From contig OX597817.1 in the NCBI GenBank assembly GCA_951406725.2, positions 75,330,001 through 75,394,000 of the forward strand: 64,000 nt of DNA. The letters run 5' to 3'. This document shows positions 12,199-26,955 of this stretch, piece after piece. The notes below the pieces were generated by a model, which was not told the origin of the DNA, searched no databases, and was given only the letters and a program-made list of their open reading frames with translations. The stretch comes from Octopus vulgaris (taxonomy: Eukaryota). The number at the start of each line of letters is the position of its first letter. Within the stretch, counting starts at the first letter, position 1. The position numbers and the translations under genes were made by a program.

Positions 12199-15100
12199 TG
12201 TCAACCCTTTCCTTATAAAAATTAATATTTATTTTACTAAATAGTATTGAGTGATCCTTCAATATAATGTTAAATTGTTTTTATATATAATATCTCTCAA
12301 TATTCATACATGCTTTTGCTTATTAAACAGCTGTTTCAAAATGGTTAAATTAAGTGATTAAGATTACTAGTCAATAAAAATATAAGTTATTTTATAAACA
12401 CCTGATATGTATGTGTGTGGTATATGTGTATACACATTTGTATTTATATGTATATACACATATGATATAAATATATGTTGATAAACATATTTGTATAAAA
12501 ATTATCATAACAACACTACCTTCTGAACTAATGATGCTTTATAAGCTGTGTATGCAAGGAAAAACAACCGCAGGAATCACTTGTATACATGTGTGTGTGT
12601 ATGAGTGTGAGCATTTATATATGTGTATATACATATGTTGTGTGTGCCAAATAATTTAGTAATTGGATCAAAGTCTTATATGAATTAGACAATTCTTTGA
12701 GGCTAACTTACAAATTGTTTTGTTGCTATGCTAACAATTTGTTTTAATCACAGCTCATTGTCTTCTTTTTATTGTTGTTTTAATCTTTTGGTATAAGGGA
12801 ATACATTCCTAGAAGTTGCTATGCCATAAAAGTGGGCCTGACTTAACTCAATCTTTGTACTTCTACCCAAGGATTCTTTTCTTCCAGACATCATGGTTTG
12901 GGCTATAAACTTTTTAGTTTTCTACTGATGTACACCTTGTCATTCTGCTGAGTTGTTGATGGGATTATCTTGCATTAAAAGAGTGATGAGATAGATGGAT
13001 TATAGATGAAGTTGAAAGAGAGAACTTGAGTCTAAGCAAATTTCCTTGGGTAGAGAATTTTAGTAATTTTCTTGATTTTTAAAAAAAAATCTTTTTCAAA
13101 TTCCACCAAGGTCAGCTTTGCCTTTCATTCTTTCAGGGTTGATAAAATAAGTACCAGTTGAGCACTGTGATTGATGTAATTGACTATCCCCCTCCTGCAA
13201 AATTTCTGGCTTTGTGCTTATAGTAGAAAGAATTATTATTATTAAGGCATTGAGCCAGCTAAATCATTAGCATGCCAGGCAAAATGCTCAGCAGTATTTC
13301 GCCTGTCGCTATGTTCTGAGTTGAAATTCCACCATGGTCGACCTTGCCTTTCATCCTTTCAGGTTTGGTAAATTAAGAACCAGTCAAGTACTAGGGTTGA
13401 TTTGATCAGCTATCCCTCGCCCCTTAAATTCCAGGCCTTGTGCTTCTAGTAAAGTTGAGTGCTGAGAGGGCCGATGTAATCAACTATCCCCCTCCCCTAA
13501 AATTTTAGACCGTGTGCTTATAAAAAAGATTTCTTTCTTTTGAAATAAACTTCTACAATTTTCCTCTTTTAATCACAGTTGTAGAAATCAGAAAATATTG
13601 TCCTGAATAATGTCTTGCACTTGGCTAGTGATGCTTGTGTCCTTACAGAAACTGCAAAAAATCACAAGTCGTTGAATTGGTCTCAAATTTCATTTGAGGT
13701 TGTGAACCAGCTTTGAATACATCAGGACTGATGAAGAGAGGAAACTTTAAATGCATAAGTAAATCAAAACTAGCAAATTGATGGATTTAGTTTTCTGATT
13801 TTAAGGGATTGATCTATGAATTATGCTCATTGTTTTGGAAACTACAATCTTAAGTATAGTACTCTTGGATAGATCATTTCTCGGTAAAAGACAGAAGTTT
13901 GAAGTGGCAGTATTGTTTTGACAGACATGTGAAAAAGTCCAAAGAGTATCCAACCTCTTCTGCTAGGAATATTTATCTGCTGTCAGTTATGTATAAGTTG
14001 ATGTTTAGTGATAAGACTCATCTTTGAGAGGAACCTTTTAAGAAATAGTCTTGGCACTAGATAAAGGCTTAAGGATAAGGGTGTATATATTGTCAGACAA
14101 GTACATATTTTTTGTGTAAACAAGGTGGTAGTGAAAGGATTAGAGGGGCTATAATGTGAATTCTCCTTTCTATGACACTTCATACAGTTGATTCAAAGAG
14201 AGAGAGAGAGAAAGCAAAGAAATAGACCCCAAAGGAATGAAGAGCAAAGTTGGTCACAATGGGATTTCAACTTAAGAGTACAGAGTGCCAAAATACACCA
14301 GGTATTTTATCCAATACTGTTGTGGCTTGCCGTATTCCCCATCTTTAGTTTATACTGAAAATGTTAAGTTTCCTTTTGTTGTGAAAAGTAACATCTGAAC
14401 AAGATTCATTAGTCTGTAAATCTGAAAGCAATTCTGACTCACTGTCTGACTGATTTGTTCTTAAGTATTGAATATACTACTGTAAGTCATGTTAGGAAAC
14501 CCTTGGGCATCTGTTCCCTTAATTGATAAGAAAATTATTAAATTATTATGATAGATCTTATTGACTTGTGGGAGCTACATTCTGTGTTGGTGAAAAATTA
14601 GAATTTATTTCTGCTGTTTCTTGTGAATCCATAGAACTTTTCAGTGTTTTCTACAGTGGTGTTTTGTGTCACTTCTTAAATCAGCCATCATTTCAAACAT
14701 ATCTTATATACATGGTTCTGAAAAGATGTCAAATTATGTACTGTCATTTGTTCACTGTCTGTGAATGTTTCATTATTATCTCAAGGAGTTTGTATGATAT
14801 TTTGTGATGAAGTGCTGCTGTGGCATTAATCAGTGACACTTCACTCTCTTCTTTAATTCTTTTTTAAATATATCCTTTCATTGCATTAGTTATTTCTCTT
14901 TTATGTTCCCTCTGATGTTCCATAACAAAGGACTCTTATTCAACTTGAATGGTAAGAAAACTGTTCACAGTATACAGTTCTATGGTAGCTTCTTGAACAC
15001 ACCACTATAGCAACAAATGCACTAGGTAGCTTTGTTTGTTTCTTCATCCAGTTCTGACATGATGCTGTGTTGTTAACCAATTGTGTTATGAATGAGAAAC

Positions 15101-18100
15101 TGTTCAAGGAGTACTTAGTGATAGCTTTGTGATACTTATAATTTGGTGAATTAACCCTTCCTTTACTATATTCCTGTTAAAATACACTGCTTTTAAGTCA
15201 ATTAGTTTTAAAAATAAAGAATTTAGTAAAATAACTTTGTGATGATTGAGCTGGTGTTTAGCACTTAATATGGAATTTTAATGGATGATTTTAATTTAGA
15301 TCACTTTATCCCTTTGTCATATGTCTGTTGAAATAAACTGCCTTTGTTTCTATTAGTTATGAAAATGATGAACTTTGAAAAATAACTTCACTATTAAACT
15401 GGTATCTAGAATAGAAATTCACATAAAATTTTAAGAGAAGGTTTTAATTTGGAACATTTTAAAACAAAAGTTTGTACCATAGAACCAGGAGTGGCCTCAG
15501 GCAGGTTGATACCAAAAGAATTAAATTAGAAGTTTGTATCAGGTGGGTAAGCATCAAAATGATTTAGTGTGGTTATATAATTTTGTTACCTTTAAGCCAA
15601 GTTTAAACACTGCTAATGAAACTATCTTAGTGAGGCAGGTGTAAAAAAATGTATTAAGAAGTGTTGAGTTGTTTTCTTCAGCAGCAGAATATATTTTTTT
15701 GACATTGTTCATAGAATTCTTTGGATCATGCTGGCAGTCCTCAGATGCCTCTGGAATTCAATCATAGCAGCTGCTTTATCTTAGATGATATAATTGACTA
15801 AAATGGTTTTTCTGTGCTTGTTGATACCTTGAATAATCTAATTAATTTTTGTTTCAACAGTTTCACTCTTGTGTCCTATAGGATATTGACTAAGTAGTAT
15901 TCTTATACAATGAGGACTAAGACCTAATGTATATATAGAGCTGCTCAAAAAGCAATTGTTCTTGTCAGTGACTGTATTTACTCTTTTTTTTTTTGTGCAG
16001 ATAATCCAACTTGAAGATCTTTATAGAGAGGATGTCCAAATTTTCTGTCTCTTATTCTTTTGTATCACTGTCTTAACAAGACTGGCCTTGAATCTACTCT
16101 GAATTCAGTTTTGAGTTCAACACATGGAGTCAGTTAATGGCATTCAACTACTCATTGTTACAGTTTCCAACTCTTTTGAGGCTTAAATTTTTCATGATAC
16201 TTATGGCAAAGAAATCATAATTTGTAACAATACTGCGAGCTCATATTGGTTTTCATGCATTCTGAACCATTCTGAACCATTGAAGCTGAACTCAAACAAG
16301 GCTTCCATAGATGTGAGATTTGACCATTGCACAAGAAATTCATCCAAGTGCTTGAATAGTTCTATATGATTGTTGAAGGGCTAAATTAATGAACTTACAG
16401 GTCCTGAATGGAATTTGCTTCAGTAGTATTGAGGCCATAATTCTGAAGGTTCAGGTACACAGGTTGCTTTATATTATTCATATATAGTAGTCCCTACATG
16501 CTATAAAGAGAATGATTGACTGGTGCCACAAATCACAAGATCACCGAAGAAATTAATGAGAACTTGTAGCTAAGACCAGTTCTTTACTAAATATCTGGAG
16601 TTATATGCAGAGATTTTGATATTGAAAGCATTTGTACCTGAGTGTATATATAAAGAAGCACAAATTGATGTCTTCAAAGTTGGTCAACTGATTGTTCTCT
16701 CCTGCCTTCTCTCTCCATATTTGGGTAATCAAATACAATTCAACCCCCAAGAGATGTAACATTATCAAAATCTAAACTTATTAGATGACAAGGTCATGAC
16801 AAAACACAAGAAGCCTATGTTAATATATTAAAAATTATCAAAACTATAAATGAAATTTTACAAATTATGTGTTGTCTTAGAAGTTGTAGTACCATGACTA
16901 ATCTTATTGAATGACATTGGTTTCCTGAGCAACCATTTTAATTATTAATTGATATTGAGGGAATTTCTGAATCCTGCCATATAGTTCTTATGGCAGACTA
17001 TTGTCTTTATTTACTTCATTTCTCAACTTTTACAAAAAAGAAAAACATTTTGTTTATTAACATAACCATAGAGTCCCATGTAAAACATTTGTCAAGAATA
17101 CCATAAGCTGGCTTAACAAATTTTGAGCTCATTTTCATAAATTGTTGTTTTTATGAGTGTTCTTTCAAAAATTGAAAGACAACGTCTGACTGTGTATGAT
17201 TGGAGCTCTGGGAATGTATGTTCTAAACTTTATAATCATTAAGAAGGTCCAGTGAAATGTTTGCAGTTCTACTTACAAAGTATGAAATGTTATCATCAAA
17301 AGTTTACTTTTTGCTCATTAGTATTCCTTTTCTCAGAACATAGACCATATGAACAAGATTGGAACATTATTATCATACTATTACTTTCTTTTCTTTCCGA
17401 GGACATCATCTTTTAACCTGAATATCCTTAAACATTAGGAATTTGCAAAGTGATGTAGATGATCTTTTTTCCTTCTCCTTCCCCACCTCCAAATGGTTCA
17501 CTTTTCTGATATCTCACTGCCTCTGTTTGCTTTCTGGGTTGTAGAAGGATTAAGAAGTCTAATCCTCTGTGATTAATGAGACGAACTATGATCATCTTGT
17601 CTGAAGGTGGGTTAAGGTACCTTCACATTCTATCTTCAGAACTTACAATAAATTTTGGAGCAGGTTATTGATAAACAAATTTTAGAATAATGAAGATGGC
17701 TATCCATGTTCTGATAAACGTTTAATGGCCTAAACATGAAAAAAAACATGATGTACTAATTAATGATGTTAACATGTATATCATCGCTACTAAAAACTAC
17801 ATTGCTATACTGTGTTAAAGATATCCTCTGTGACTCATTTCTTAGGGTACCCTATAAGGTTATTGAAGACTATAATAGGTATCTCTGAAAATTGTTGTTA
17901 GTATATCTGAAGGAGGCTATCTTGCTAGATTCCCCTGCCTCTCCAACTGAAAAAATTTGACTTGGTACTGAATATCCTAGACACATTAATTTTACAATGT
18001 CACTGTTGCTTGTAGTGAGAAGTACTGCACCATAATATCTATTTTCAGTGAATAGGCAGTGGTCTAACTGAAAATTAGTGTCTGATTGTTATATCATAAT

Positions 18101-20469
18101 GTTAATTACATCATAGAAATAGCTAATAGCTTATCCATTTTTATGAATAAGCTGTTGGCTATTAACTCTACCATCTGTTCTTGAGCCCACGAGGGAAGCC
18201 TCTAAATGGTTGCTTGACTTGCTATAAACTACAGTCATCTTCAGACTGCATCCTTGCATCTTTTTTTTTTTAAAAAAAGGTGGGTTATGGTTACATTAGA
18301 TAATGGCTTACAAGTACACGGAAAAAAAAAAAATGAGATGGGCATGACTGGAATGTCTTCAGTCATAGATCAACTTTATTAGTTCTGACTTGTTTCTAAA
18401 CATTCCACATATGAGCTACTTTGATTATCATTTTAACTACTTCAATATAGCACTAAGTTTTGCCATTCATTCCCATGAATCAGTAAACCAGCCATCTGAT
18501 TCTAACAAAAGTATTTAATATATTTTTTGCTAATATCCTTTGAACACTGATTGTATAATATGTGTGAACAAACATGCACAGTTTAGAGGAAACATTGGTT
18601 ATATTGTCATGGGATTTGGTAAATATTGTGCCTTGAGAGACGAGCAAGGCTTCTTCCACATTCTTTAATGTAAATACAGGGTTCAAACTTCAGCAGTTCA
18701 TAAAAAGTAGTAAACATATATTGATATTTAGACCCAGGACAATTCTAATTGAGCATACATATGATCAAAGGCATTCCAGCTGTGACTGTCCTACATTTCT
18801 TTCCCGCAGAAAAACATTATGAAACCTAAAGACATGTCGTTCCATTTTTAAGACTGACGGATGTTATTTGCAGTAGATTTGGTTCTTATTTCGTGTAAGT
18901 CTAATACTGGTCTTGTAACAGTACCTCCATTAGTTGTTTTTGTAGCAGTAATAGCTTGCTTTTCTGAAAGACAGTTATGAATGTTTGTGTTGTCACTGTT
19001 CTAACATTGTCCAATGATAAATTGTACTTTTGTGAGGGATTTCATCGCTAAGTACCTTACAGAGTTGTATAATCAAGTTTCAAGTTACTGCAATAATATA
19101 ATTCAAATTTTAACTTGCATTGCTTAATGTCATCAATTTTTATTTTATTTTAAAAACTTGTGCTTAAGAAAACTTTGGAACACACACATAGACACAGATG
19201 TTATATGTAAAAATTTATGTATGTATATATTCATATATTTATGACTGTATGTTATGTGTGTATGTGTGCCTATATACTGGATTTATTTAGGTGTTTGTTA
19301 GATTACAATGTTAATCCCATATGTAAATAGCTTTGTGTAAAACTGCATCGACCATATCTTGAAAAAAAATTTATATTACATAGGTAAAAATCTAAAATGA
19401 TGTACAACAGTTAAAAGAAAACCAATCAAAAAAAAGTTAAAAGAAAAACAGGAAAAATCCCCTTTAAACTCTCTCTCTGTTGAGTGATAATATTTGTCCC
19501 CTAATCTTGATATTCTTAGAAAAAAAAAAAAATTAAAATCAGAAAGCGAAACAAAGAAGGGCAAATAAAAATAATAACAACAGCAAGATGAAAACAAATT
19601 ATAAAATCAATATATCTTAAGAAATCCATTACTATGATTTTTTTACTTTCATACAAGCAGAAAAAAAAATAATGAAAATATATATAAAAAAAAACCCAAA
19701 ACAAATGGAGAAACAAAAAACAAAACAAAATATGCCTGTAAAATTATTTCTGAATTTTTCTGTAATACAGAATTAATTATCAACTGCTGATTTAATTCAC
19801 AACTTCTTGTAGTATTTTATTCATTTTTATTGTTGTTGCAGTAAATATTGATGTTTTTCTTTCTTTTTATTTTATTTTCTAGTTGATATGGCTCAAATTT
19901 AAATTTGAAGGAGAGAAGGCAACAATAGTTCATTGATCTTCTCTCCAAAATAAATTACTGTACCTCTTTGTTTTTTCTGTTTTTCTCCTATCTTTTCAAT
20001 TGTTGACCTAAAGCAAACTTATTAAAGAATGATATTAAATGCTTTACAGTATCTTGCGTCTGGTGCTGTACCATCTGTTTTATTAACTTGACTAACTCAG
20101 TATAATAAAGTAGTATAATATATATATATATACACACACACAAACACACACACATCTATATATCTATATATTTGCATATATATGTAAATATATGTGTGTG
20201 TGTGCACATGTATAAACACACACTAATAATTTTCCTTTGATAAGAGCACAAAGCCAGAATTTTTTAAGGGGAGTGAAAATAATTGACTAAACCCCACAAA
20301 AAATAATCTTTTGTTTTTAATTGTTTTGTTACCATATTTCTGTTAAAGAGCCCTGCCATTTGTTTCAATTAAATTGGAAAATAATGAAAAATTTACTAAA
20401 TTAATTTTGTCATTATTAAGTTGGTGTTTGGATCATTAATTACTATGAAATTTTGGTGGAAGTTTTTAA

Positions 20470-21135
20470 CCCTTTGGAGACGGAACTGCATTTGGTGTTT
20501 CAGTATCAAGAATATGGAGCCATTTATGACCTAGAGACCTCCTCTTAAGCTGAGTGTTTCCGAGAAAGTTGGCAGCATACTCATTGGTCTCTCTGAATGA
20601 GATTCCATGTGAAAAACAGCATAAAGTATATTTCACTGGAATGCTTATGCCTTGTGGATATTTCTGGCCTTATATTTTCTAAGAATTCATAGGGGTCATC
20701 TCTATCTAGCTCAGTATCCCTAATCCTTAAGCAATAGCTCACAACATTATCGTCACCATCATTTTGATCTTCTCCATTACATTCCTGGTTGTTTTCGCCA
20801 GTTTCAATGTCAGACTCACTGCTAGGCTGGGAGAAATCAGATTTGCTAAGGATATTTTCATCAGTGTCACTGTTGGACATAGTGAAATTTCACAATGCTC
20901 ACTTGGAACACAAAAAAAAAAAAAATGTAAGATCACAGAACACAGCAGACTGTCATGGAAGCCACCATTGAATGGACCAAATGTGAAAGAAATGTGAGAA
21001 GCAATCTGATTGGCTGGTATGAAGACCAGCCAGCTAATCTTGAGGCTTGTGCTATCAGGCTGATGGATCGGCCCAGTTATCTTCTTCATCATTTGACTTT
21101 TCAGGTGATAGATTAGTCCTATCGTCTCCTAAGGG
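20470..21135 (-). mobile_element. Internally deleted piggyBac element
   Basis: TTAA|CCCTTTGGAGACG ... CGTCTCCTAAGGG|TTAA gives a 12/13 TIR match and a TTAA TSD. The minus ORF 20581-20880 is acidic and ends ..YFMLFFT, like a piggyBac transposase N-terminus. Confidence 0.8.
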
Positions 21136-21597
21136 TTAATGTAGATCACCTTAAAAAAAAGGAAGTTTATATTACAGAACTAGGGTGATTTTTTGGTAAA
21201 TTTGGTATGAGATGGGCTAATATTTTTGTTATCTTATTTTTATTGAAGTACATTGTTGTTATTTCAATTCATTTTGAAAATGATGAAGAAATTCAGCAAA
21301 ATAACTTTGTCATTATGAAGTTAGTGTTTGGAACATGAAATTTTGATGGAAGGCTTTTATTTAGATCTCTTCAAAACAAGAAGTTTATATCATAGAAACC
21401 ACTGGTGGTCTCAGGTGGGTTGGTATCAAAAGAGTGAAAGACTTAAAAGTGTTGCTCTTTTCCTTTTTTGCTACAAATTTTCTTTTACCATTTTTTGTTG
21501 TTGAACAAGATATATAACTTAAAATATACCTGTTGATTTATTTACATATATTTTTTTATTTTGGTTACTGCATCACAATACTTTTTCCAAATTAAGT

Positions 21598-21992
21598 TGG
21601 CGTAGGTGTAGTGTGGTAAGAAGCTTTCTTCTCAACCACATGTTCTAGCTTTAGTCTCACTGCGTGGCACCTTGGGCAAATGTCTTCTACTATAGCCTTT
21701 GGTCAGCCAAAGCCTTGTGACTGGATTTGGTGGATGGAAACTGAAAGAAGCACATCCATGTATTTATGTGTGTGTCTTTGTGTCTGTGTTTGTCCTCTCA
21801 CCATCGCTTGACAATTGATGTTGGTGTGTTTACGTCCCTGTAATTTAGCGGTTTGGCAAAAGAGACCAATGGAATAAGTACAAGGCTTACAAAGAATAAG
21901 TCATGAGGTCTATTTCTTTGACCAAAAAACCCTTTAAAGCAGTGCTTCTGCATGGCTGCAGTCAAATGACTGAAACATGTAAAAGATTAAAA
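21598..21992 (+). mobile_element. tRNA-derived SINE with an internal microsatellite
   Basis: Same family as 47328-47829 (gtggtaagaagct...ccactgcgtggcaccttgggcaa...gtcaaatgactgaaaca). Confidence 0.8.
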
Positions 21993-22744
21993 GTTAAGAA
22001 GTTTGCTTTGTTATCTTATTGGTTTCTTGACTGATTTCACTGTGCAGTCTTTGAGCATTTATCTTCTATCATGGTCTTGTATCAACTGAATCCTTATGTG
22101 TGAAATATGGCTGATGAAAACTGTGAAGAACTCTCTCTAAGCAGTATTTGGTTCCATCACAGTTGGTCCCTTTAACAATTAGTTAGATTTTTTTTTATTT
22201 GATAAAGATGGTAAAATAAGCACCAAAGTATTGGGATTGGTATAATTATCTAGAACACTTGAAGGCTGTGCCCCAGCATATACTTTGTTCATTGACTGAG
22301 ACTAAGAAATAAATAGGCATTTCTTTTACATATATAGTAATGTGGACAATCCCTCCCTGCCTGTTTCATACATACTTTTTTAGTAGAGCATATTGTTGCC
22401 ACTGTAGTATTCCAATAATGTTTGGTTATTACTGAGCATTGAAATGATAGCTCAGATAAAACATTGTGGATTGCTTTCTTTCACACTGATATGTGTTCAT
22501 ATTCCTTTATATATAGTGTACTGTTCAATGGTGGCAAGATCAACAAAAAAGCACTCCATCTGGTGAGAGATAAATTATTATTTAATACACACAATCTATA
22601 TTTTTATGTGCTACTATACATTAAAGACAGTATTTTTTAACATGTCTGTGCCTGAAGATTGTACTAGGAAACCAAACATGTTAAGAAATAGTGTCTGGCA
22701 TACTCTAAGCGCATGAAACTAATAGTACATAAAAACATTGTATT

Positions 22745-22787
<43 letters not shown>

Positions 22788-23306
22788 TCAAGGTTATATC
22801 ATGCTGATCATTTCTAAAAAGAATGAAATAGTGATATACATGATTACCACTGACTAAAAATTTAAGAATTTCATAATAAATTAACAAAAAAAAAAACAAT
22901 TATATGAATTCAATGCATCTGTTTTCATATAATTCATTAATTTCAAATTAAAAATTCTAATCACACTAGATATTATGAAGAAATGATTATTTCCCCTGTA
23001 AAACTTTCCTTAAGGGGGTGATGTGTACAAATGTGTGTGTGCATGTATATATGCATATCTATCTATCTGTCTGTCTGGCTATCTATCATTATACCATCCA
23101 GTTTTCCATGTTTGTGTGGGTTGGACGGAGTTTAGTTGGCTGTCCTTTCTGTTGCTAACCCTCACCTGTCTCCATGCAAGTTAATATTTCTCCATGGCCA
23201 GACATGTTTTTGCAGAATATTGGAAATGAATGACACTGTTTGTGTACAGCCATCACATGATGTCAAGAAAAGATACAAACATATACATATTCACACACAC
23301 ACACAC

Positions 23307-23469
23307 AGAGCAATAAGAAAATGGAGGGGGTCAATAGGTGGTTCATCAACTTTTAGACATTATATTATGTCAACTTATTTATTTATTTATTTAAATAAAT
23401 AAGTCAACATAATATAATGTCTAAAAGTTGATGAACCACATATTGACACCCCCATTTTCTTATTGCTCT
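23307..23469. repeat. ~80-bp-arm palindrome (fold-back element)
   Basis: agagcaataagaaaatgg..ttcatcaacttttagacattatattatgt pairs with acataatataatgtctaaaagttgatgaa..ccattttcttattgctct, centred on (tatt)n. Confidence 0.85.
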
Positions 23470-23622
23470 ATAAATTAATGGTAAAATATCTCTTTACCTT
23501 CACCCATTTAGTACACTTGGTAATATAATTACAATGCAATAAAAAACACTTGTGTATTAATAATTGGGTATTCTACTAGCAGCATATTGGATAGATAGTT
23601 CATTGGACTCACAACCTGTAAC

Positions 23623-24014
23623 TTTATATATATAAAGCTGAAGTTGTCTGTGAATGGCAGGTTTGGTAGCCTTCAACTAACACCATCTCCTCCAAGACCC
23701 TGTGTTGCAAGTTGACTAAAATTGAGAGTATGATAGAAGAAGGCTTGCTCTTCATTCCGTTGAAGATAAAATTCAAATCGGACCGTGTTAAGACCAAAAA
23801 TTATTTACATCAAAAAGGTGCTTTTTTTTAATGAAAATCTCTATTTTTTACGATTTTTTTTTACTGCTGTGTCGCCATTTTTCAGCGTATTTCAACCAGA
23901 AAAATGTTCACTTAAAGAGAATAACAAGCTACATAATGCAACATTTTTACTTTTCAAAAATTCCAATTCTAAAGGGTCAAAACAAACCCAAGCAACACTG
24001 GGCGATACTACTAG
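23623..24014 (+). mobile_element. Non-autonomous Helitron
   Basis: The 5' end is tatatatataaagctgaagttgtctgtg. The 3' end has the hairpin cccaagcaacactggg followed by ..CTAG|T. Confidence 0.7.
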
Positions 24015-24808
24015 TATATATATACAATAGACTTTTTTCAGTTTCTATCCATCAAATTCACTCACAAGGCTTTGCTTGAGTTAGGGATACAGTGAAAGTC
24101 ACTTGTCTAAGGTGCCATGAAGTGGGACTGAACCCTGAACCATGTGGTTAGGAAGCAAACTTCTCAACAACACAGTCACACTAGTGCACACACACACACA
24201 CACACACACACCTTTTATCTTTTGTATTTTACTTGTTTCAGTCATTAGATTGCAGACATGCAGGGGCACCGTCTTGAACAATTTTTGTCAAACAAATATA
24301 ATATATTGTATATATTATTTTTAATCAGCAGAAATTACAAAGTAATTCAAGGGCTGAGAGTTATGTGTATAGCACCTATCCAATTCAGTGGCATGCATGA
24401 AACTCATGGCACTTGAAATACTTTGTATTTATGTATATATATACATATATATATGTGTCGTTGATTCTTGAGAGGGTCATTATGCCAATAAGAAACACAT
24501 GCACAGATTCTGTTTCACTTCTTTAATATAATTAGTCAGCTAGTTAACCATTTAACCAGTTAGTCATCGACTGTTTGATTACTTGTTTGGTCAATCAATC
24601 AGTCAGCTAGCTTTATCAGAATCCTTTTATCACCACTTATGACCTCCTCAATGTCAGTCAATTCATTAGTTAATTGGTTAAATGAATAGCTAGTTAAAAA
24701 GAATCTGACGTGTCTTTCTCATTGGCATAGTGACCCTCCCAAGAAAAATTTATTTCTGCATATGACTTCACATCAAGAGTCATGCAAACCAAATACAAAA
24801 ATTATATA

Positions 24809-24860
<52 letters not shown>

Positions 24861-25283
24861 GTATATATATGTATATATATAGGATGTTGCACACATGATC
24901 GTAAGATTGTGGTTTCAATTCTTAGAGTAGGTGGTGTGTTGTGTTCTTGAGCAGAACACTTCATCTCATGTTGCATTGTGATCACTTTGACACCAGAACA
25001 TGTGGTACTTGCAATAAAAAGTGTTCAAATTTCCTTTAGTCATACCTTACTGTTGTTTAAAGAATGAATAGGAGAATGCATAAAATAATATACCCTTGCA
25101 GACACTATGTCTGGCAAAAGATGAGATGCACCTGTTCAGAGAATGTCAATTTGATGGAGAGAGTGAGCTAATGTGTGGCATGAACATTTGATCATTATAA
25201 ACAAATCATTCATGTAGGTTGGTTGGCAAAGCTGAACACTTGTATGTTGTCTTTGACGGGGGAGTCCATCATATATATATATC

Positions 25284-25331
<48 letters not shown>

Positions 25332-26955
25332 ATATATTTACAAACACACACATTTGTGTGTGTGTGTGTTTTGATTTGGTTGATAAAGAAGGATCTATTT
25401 TTATTTCTTTACTCCGGTGTGATAAAATAAAAAACTTGCCCTACATACATTTTATGTGGATTCAAACTTTGATTTTTGGGGTGATAATGACATGGTTTGG
25501 TATCATTATTCTTCTCTTTTTCTTTTTGTCTTTTCATCTTGGAATCATAAAGAGAAAGCTGTTGAAATTTTTTTTTTTATCAAGTGTTGTCTTCAATGCC
25601 TTCTTTTTATAACTTAAAAAAAGGGCAAATGTTCAAACAAAAAACAAAAGAAACAAGTAACAAAAATCTGGTTTCTCTACTTGCAATAAAATGTGTCCAA
25701 ATTTCCTTCAGTCATACCTTACTGTCTTTTAAAAAAGGAATAGGAGAATGCATAAAATAATGTACTCTTGCAGACACTGTGTCTGGAAAAAGATGGGATG
25801 ACCATTTCTGGCTACCTCTTTGATTATTGGTGTATTTGATTGGGACTGACCTGGGGCTAAAAAACAAACAAAAAAAAAAAGGGTGGTAGAACTCATGTCT
25901 GTAAACAGTAGTAAAACTAAGGTGTGCAAGAACATTTGGAGATATTCACTGCATACAGCACATCCTGGAACAAAAACAATACAAATAATATGGGAGGTGT
26001 CACAATTGTATCACAACTAAATTCCATAACCAACACACACGTACTCGCACGCACACACACACACACACGTACATACACACAGACATACACACAGGCACAC
26101 ATACAGACAGACATACACACACATAGACTTGTATGTCATAAATCTTAATACAATAACTTCTGAAATCACACACTGAATAAGCACTAACCCATAACAATCT
26201 TTCAATGCTTTTCTAGTCATTTAAAGTCATCATTATCATCATTATCATCATTATCATAATAGCACACCACCACCACCACCATCATCATTATAAATCAAAC
26301 AACAAAATAAAAACACTTTCAAATCAACAAAAAGAGTTTGTATATGAGTTTGTTTTACCTGCTAGAAGTAACAGCTAAATCCCTCAAATCACACCTTACT
26401 GTCTTAAAAGAAGGAAAGACACATTAGATAATGTAGTCTCTGATATACAAACTGTCATGACCAGGCTGTTTTATTATCAGTATGTCTACTTGATCTGATA
26501 TGGGGCTATATAACAACAACAACTATAAAAACAATTTCACAAATACCAAAAAAAAAAGACCCCAAAAAACATGGTAGAATTTCTGTTCAAGAGTTCATTA
26601 ACACCACATTTACCGATAAAGACACTGTACAGGCTTATGAGAGAGCTTCTATGTGGTTGCTTGATTTTCTTGAAATATCAGAATCTCACTTAAACCACAT
26701 CCTAACCATTGTAAATAATAAAAAACTATATATTGAATTAAAGAAGAAAAAATGAATTAATCAGTTGGTTTACTTATTTGTTCATTCGTGTGTACCATAA
26801 CACATAGTGTTTGTTGCAGTCATTTGACAACCCTGGGGCTTTTTACTTAAGCAGGTCTACCATAGAAATCCACTATCCTTTCTCTCCAGTAACATCACAG
26901 AACAGAAGATACAGATAACAATTGGCTACATGCAAATGCAAGATATAAAATATGA

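Noticed and set aside
13728-13750. CTGATGA..GAAAC hammerhead-like match; also 22111, 22652 and 28673
   Set aside because: Stems I, II or III are missing or weak, and 22111 is decayed SINE sequence.
25400-26860. Possible minus-strand exons (DVLYAVNISKCSCTP* after a good acceptor near 25966; GCQMTATNTMCYG; LSLYDSKMKRQKEK), faintly cystine-knot-like
   Set aside because: They are short, have in-frame stops or weak splice sites, and give no coherent gene model.
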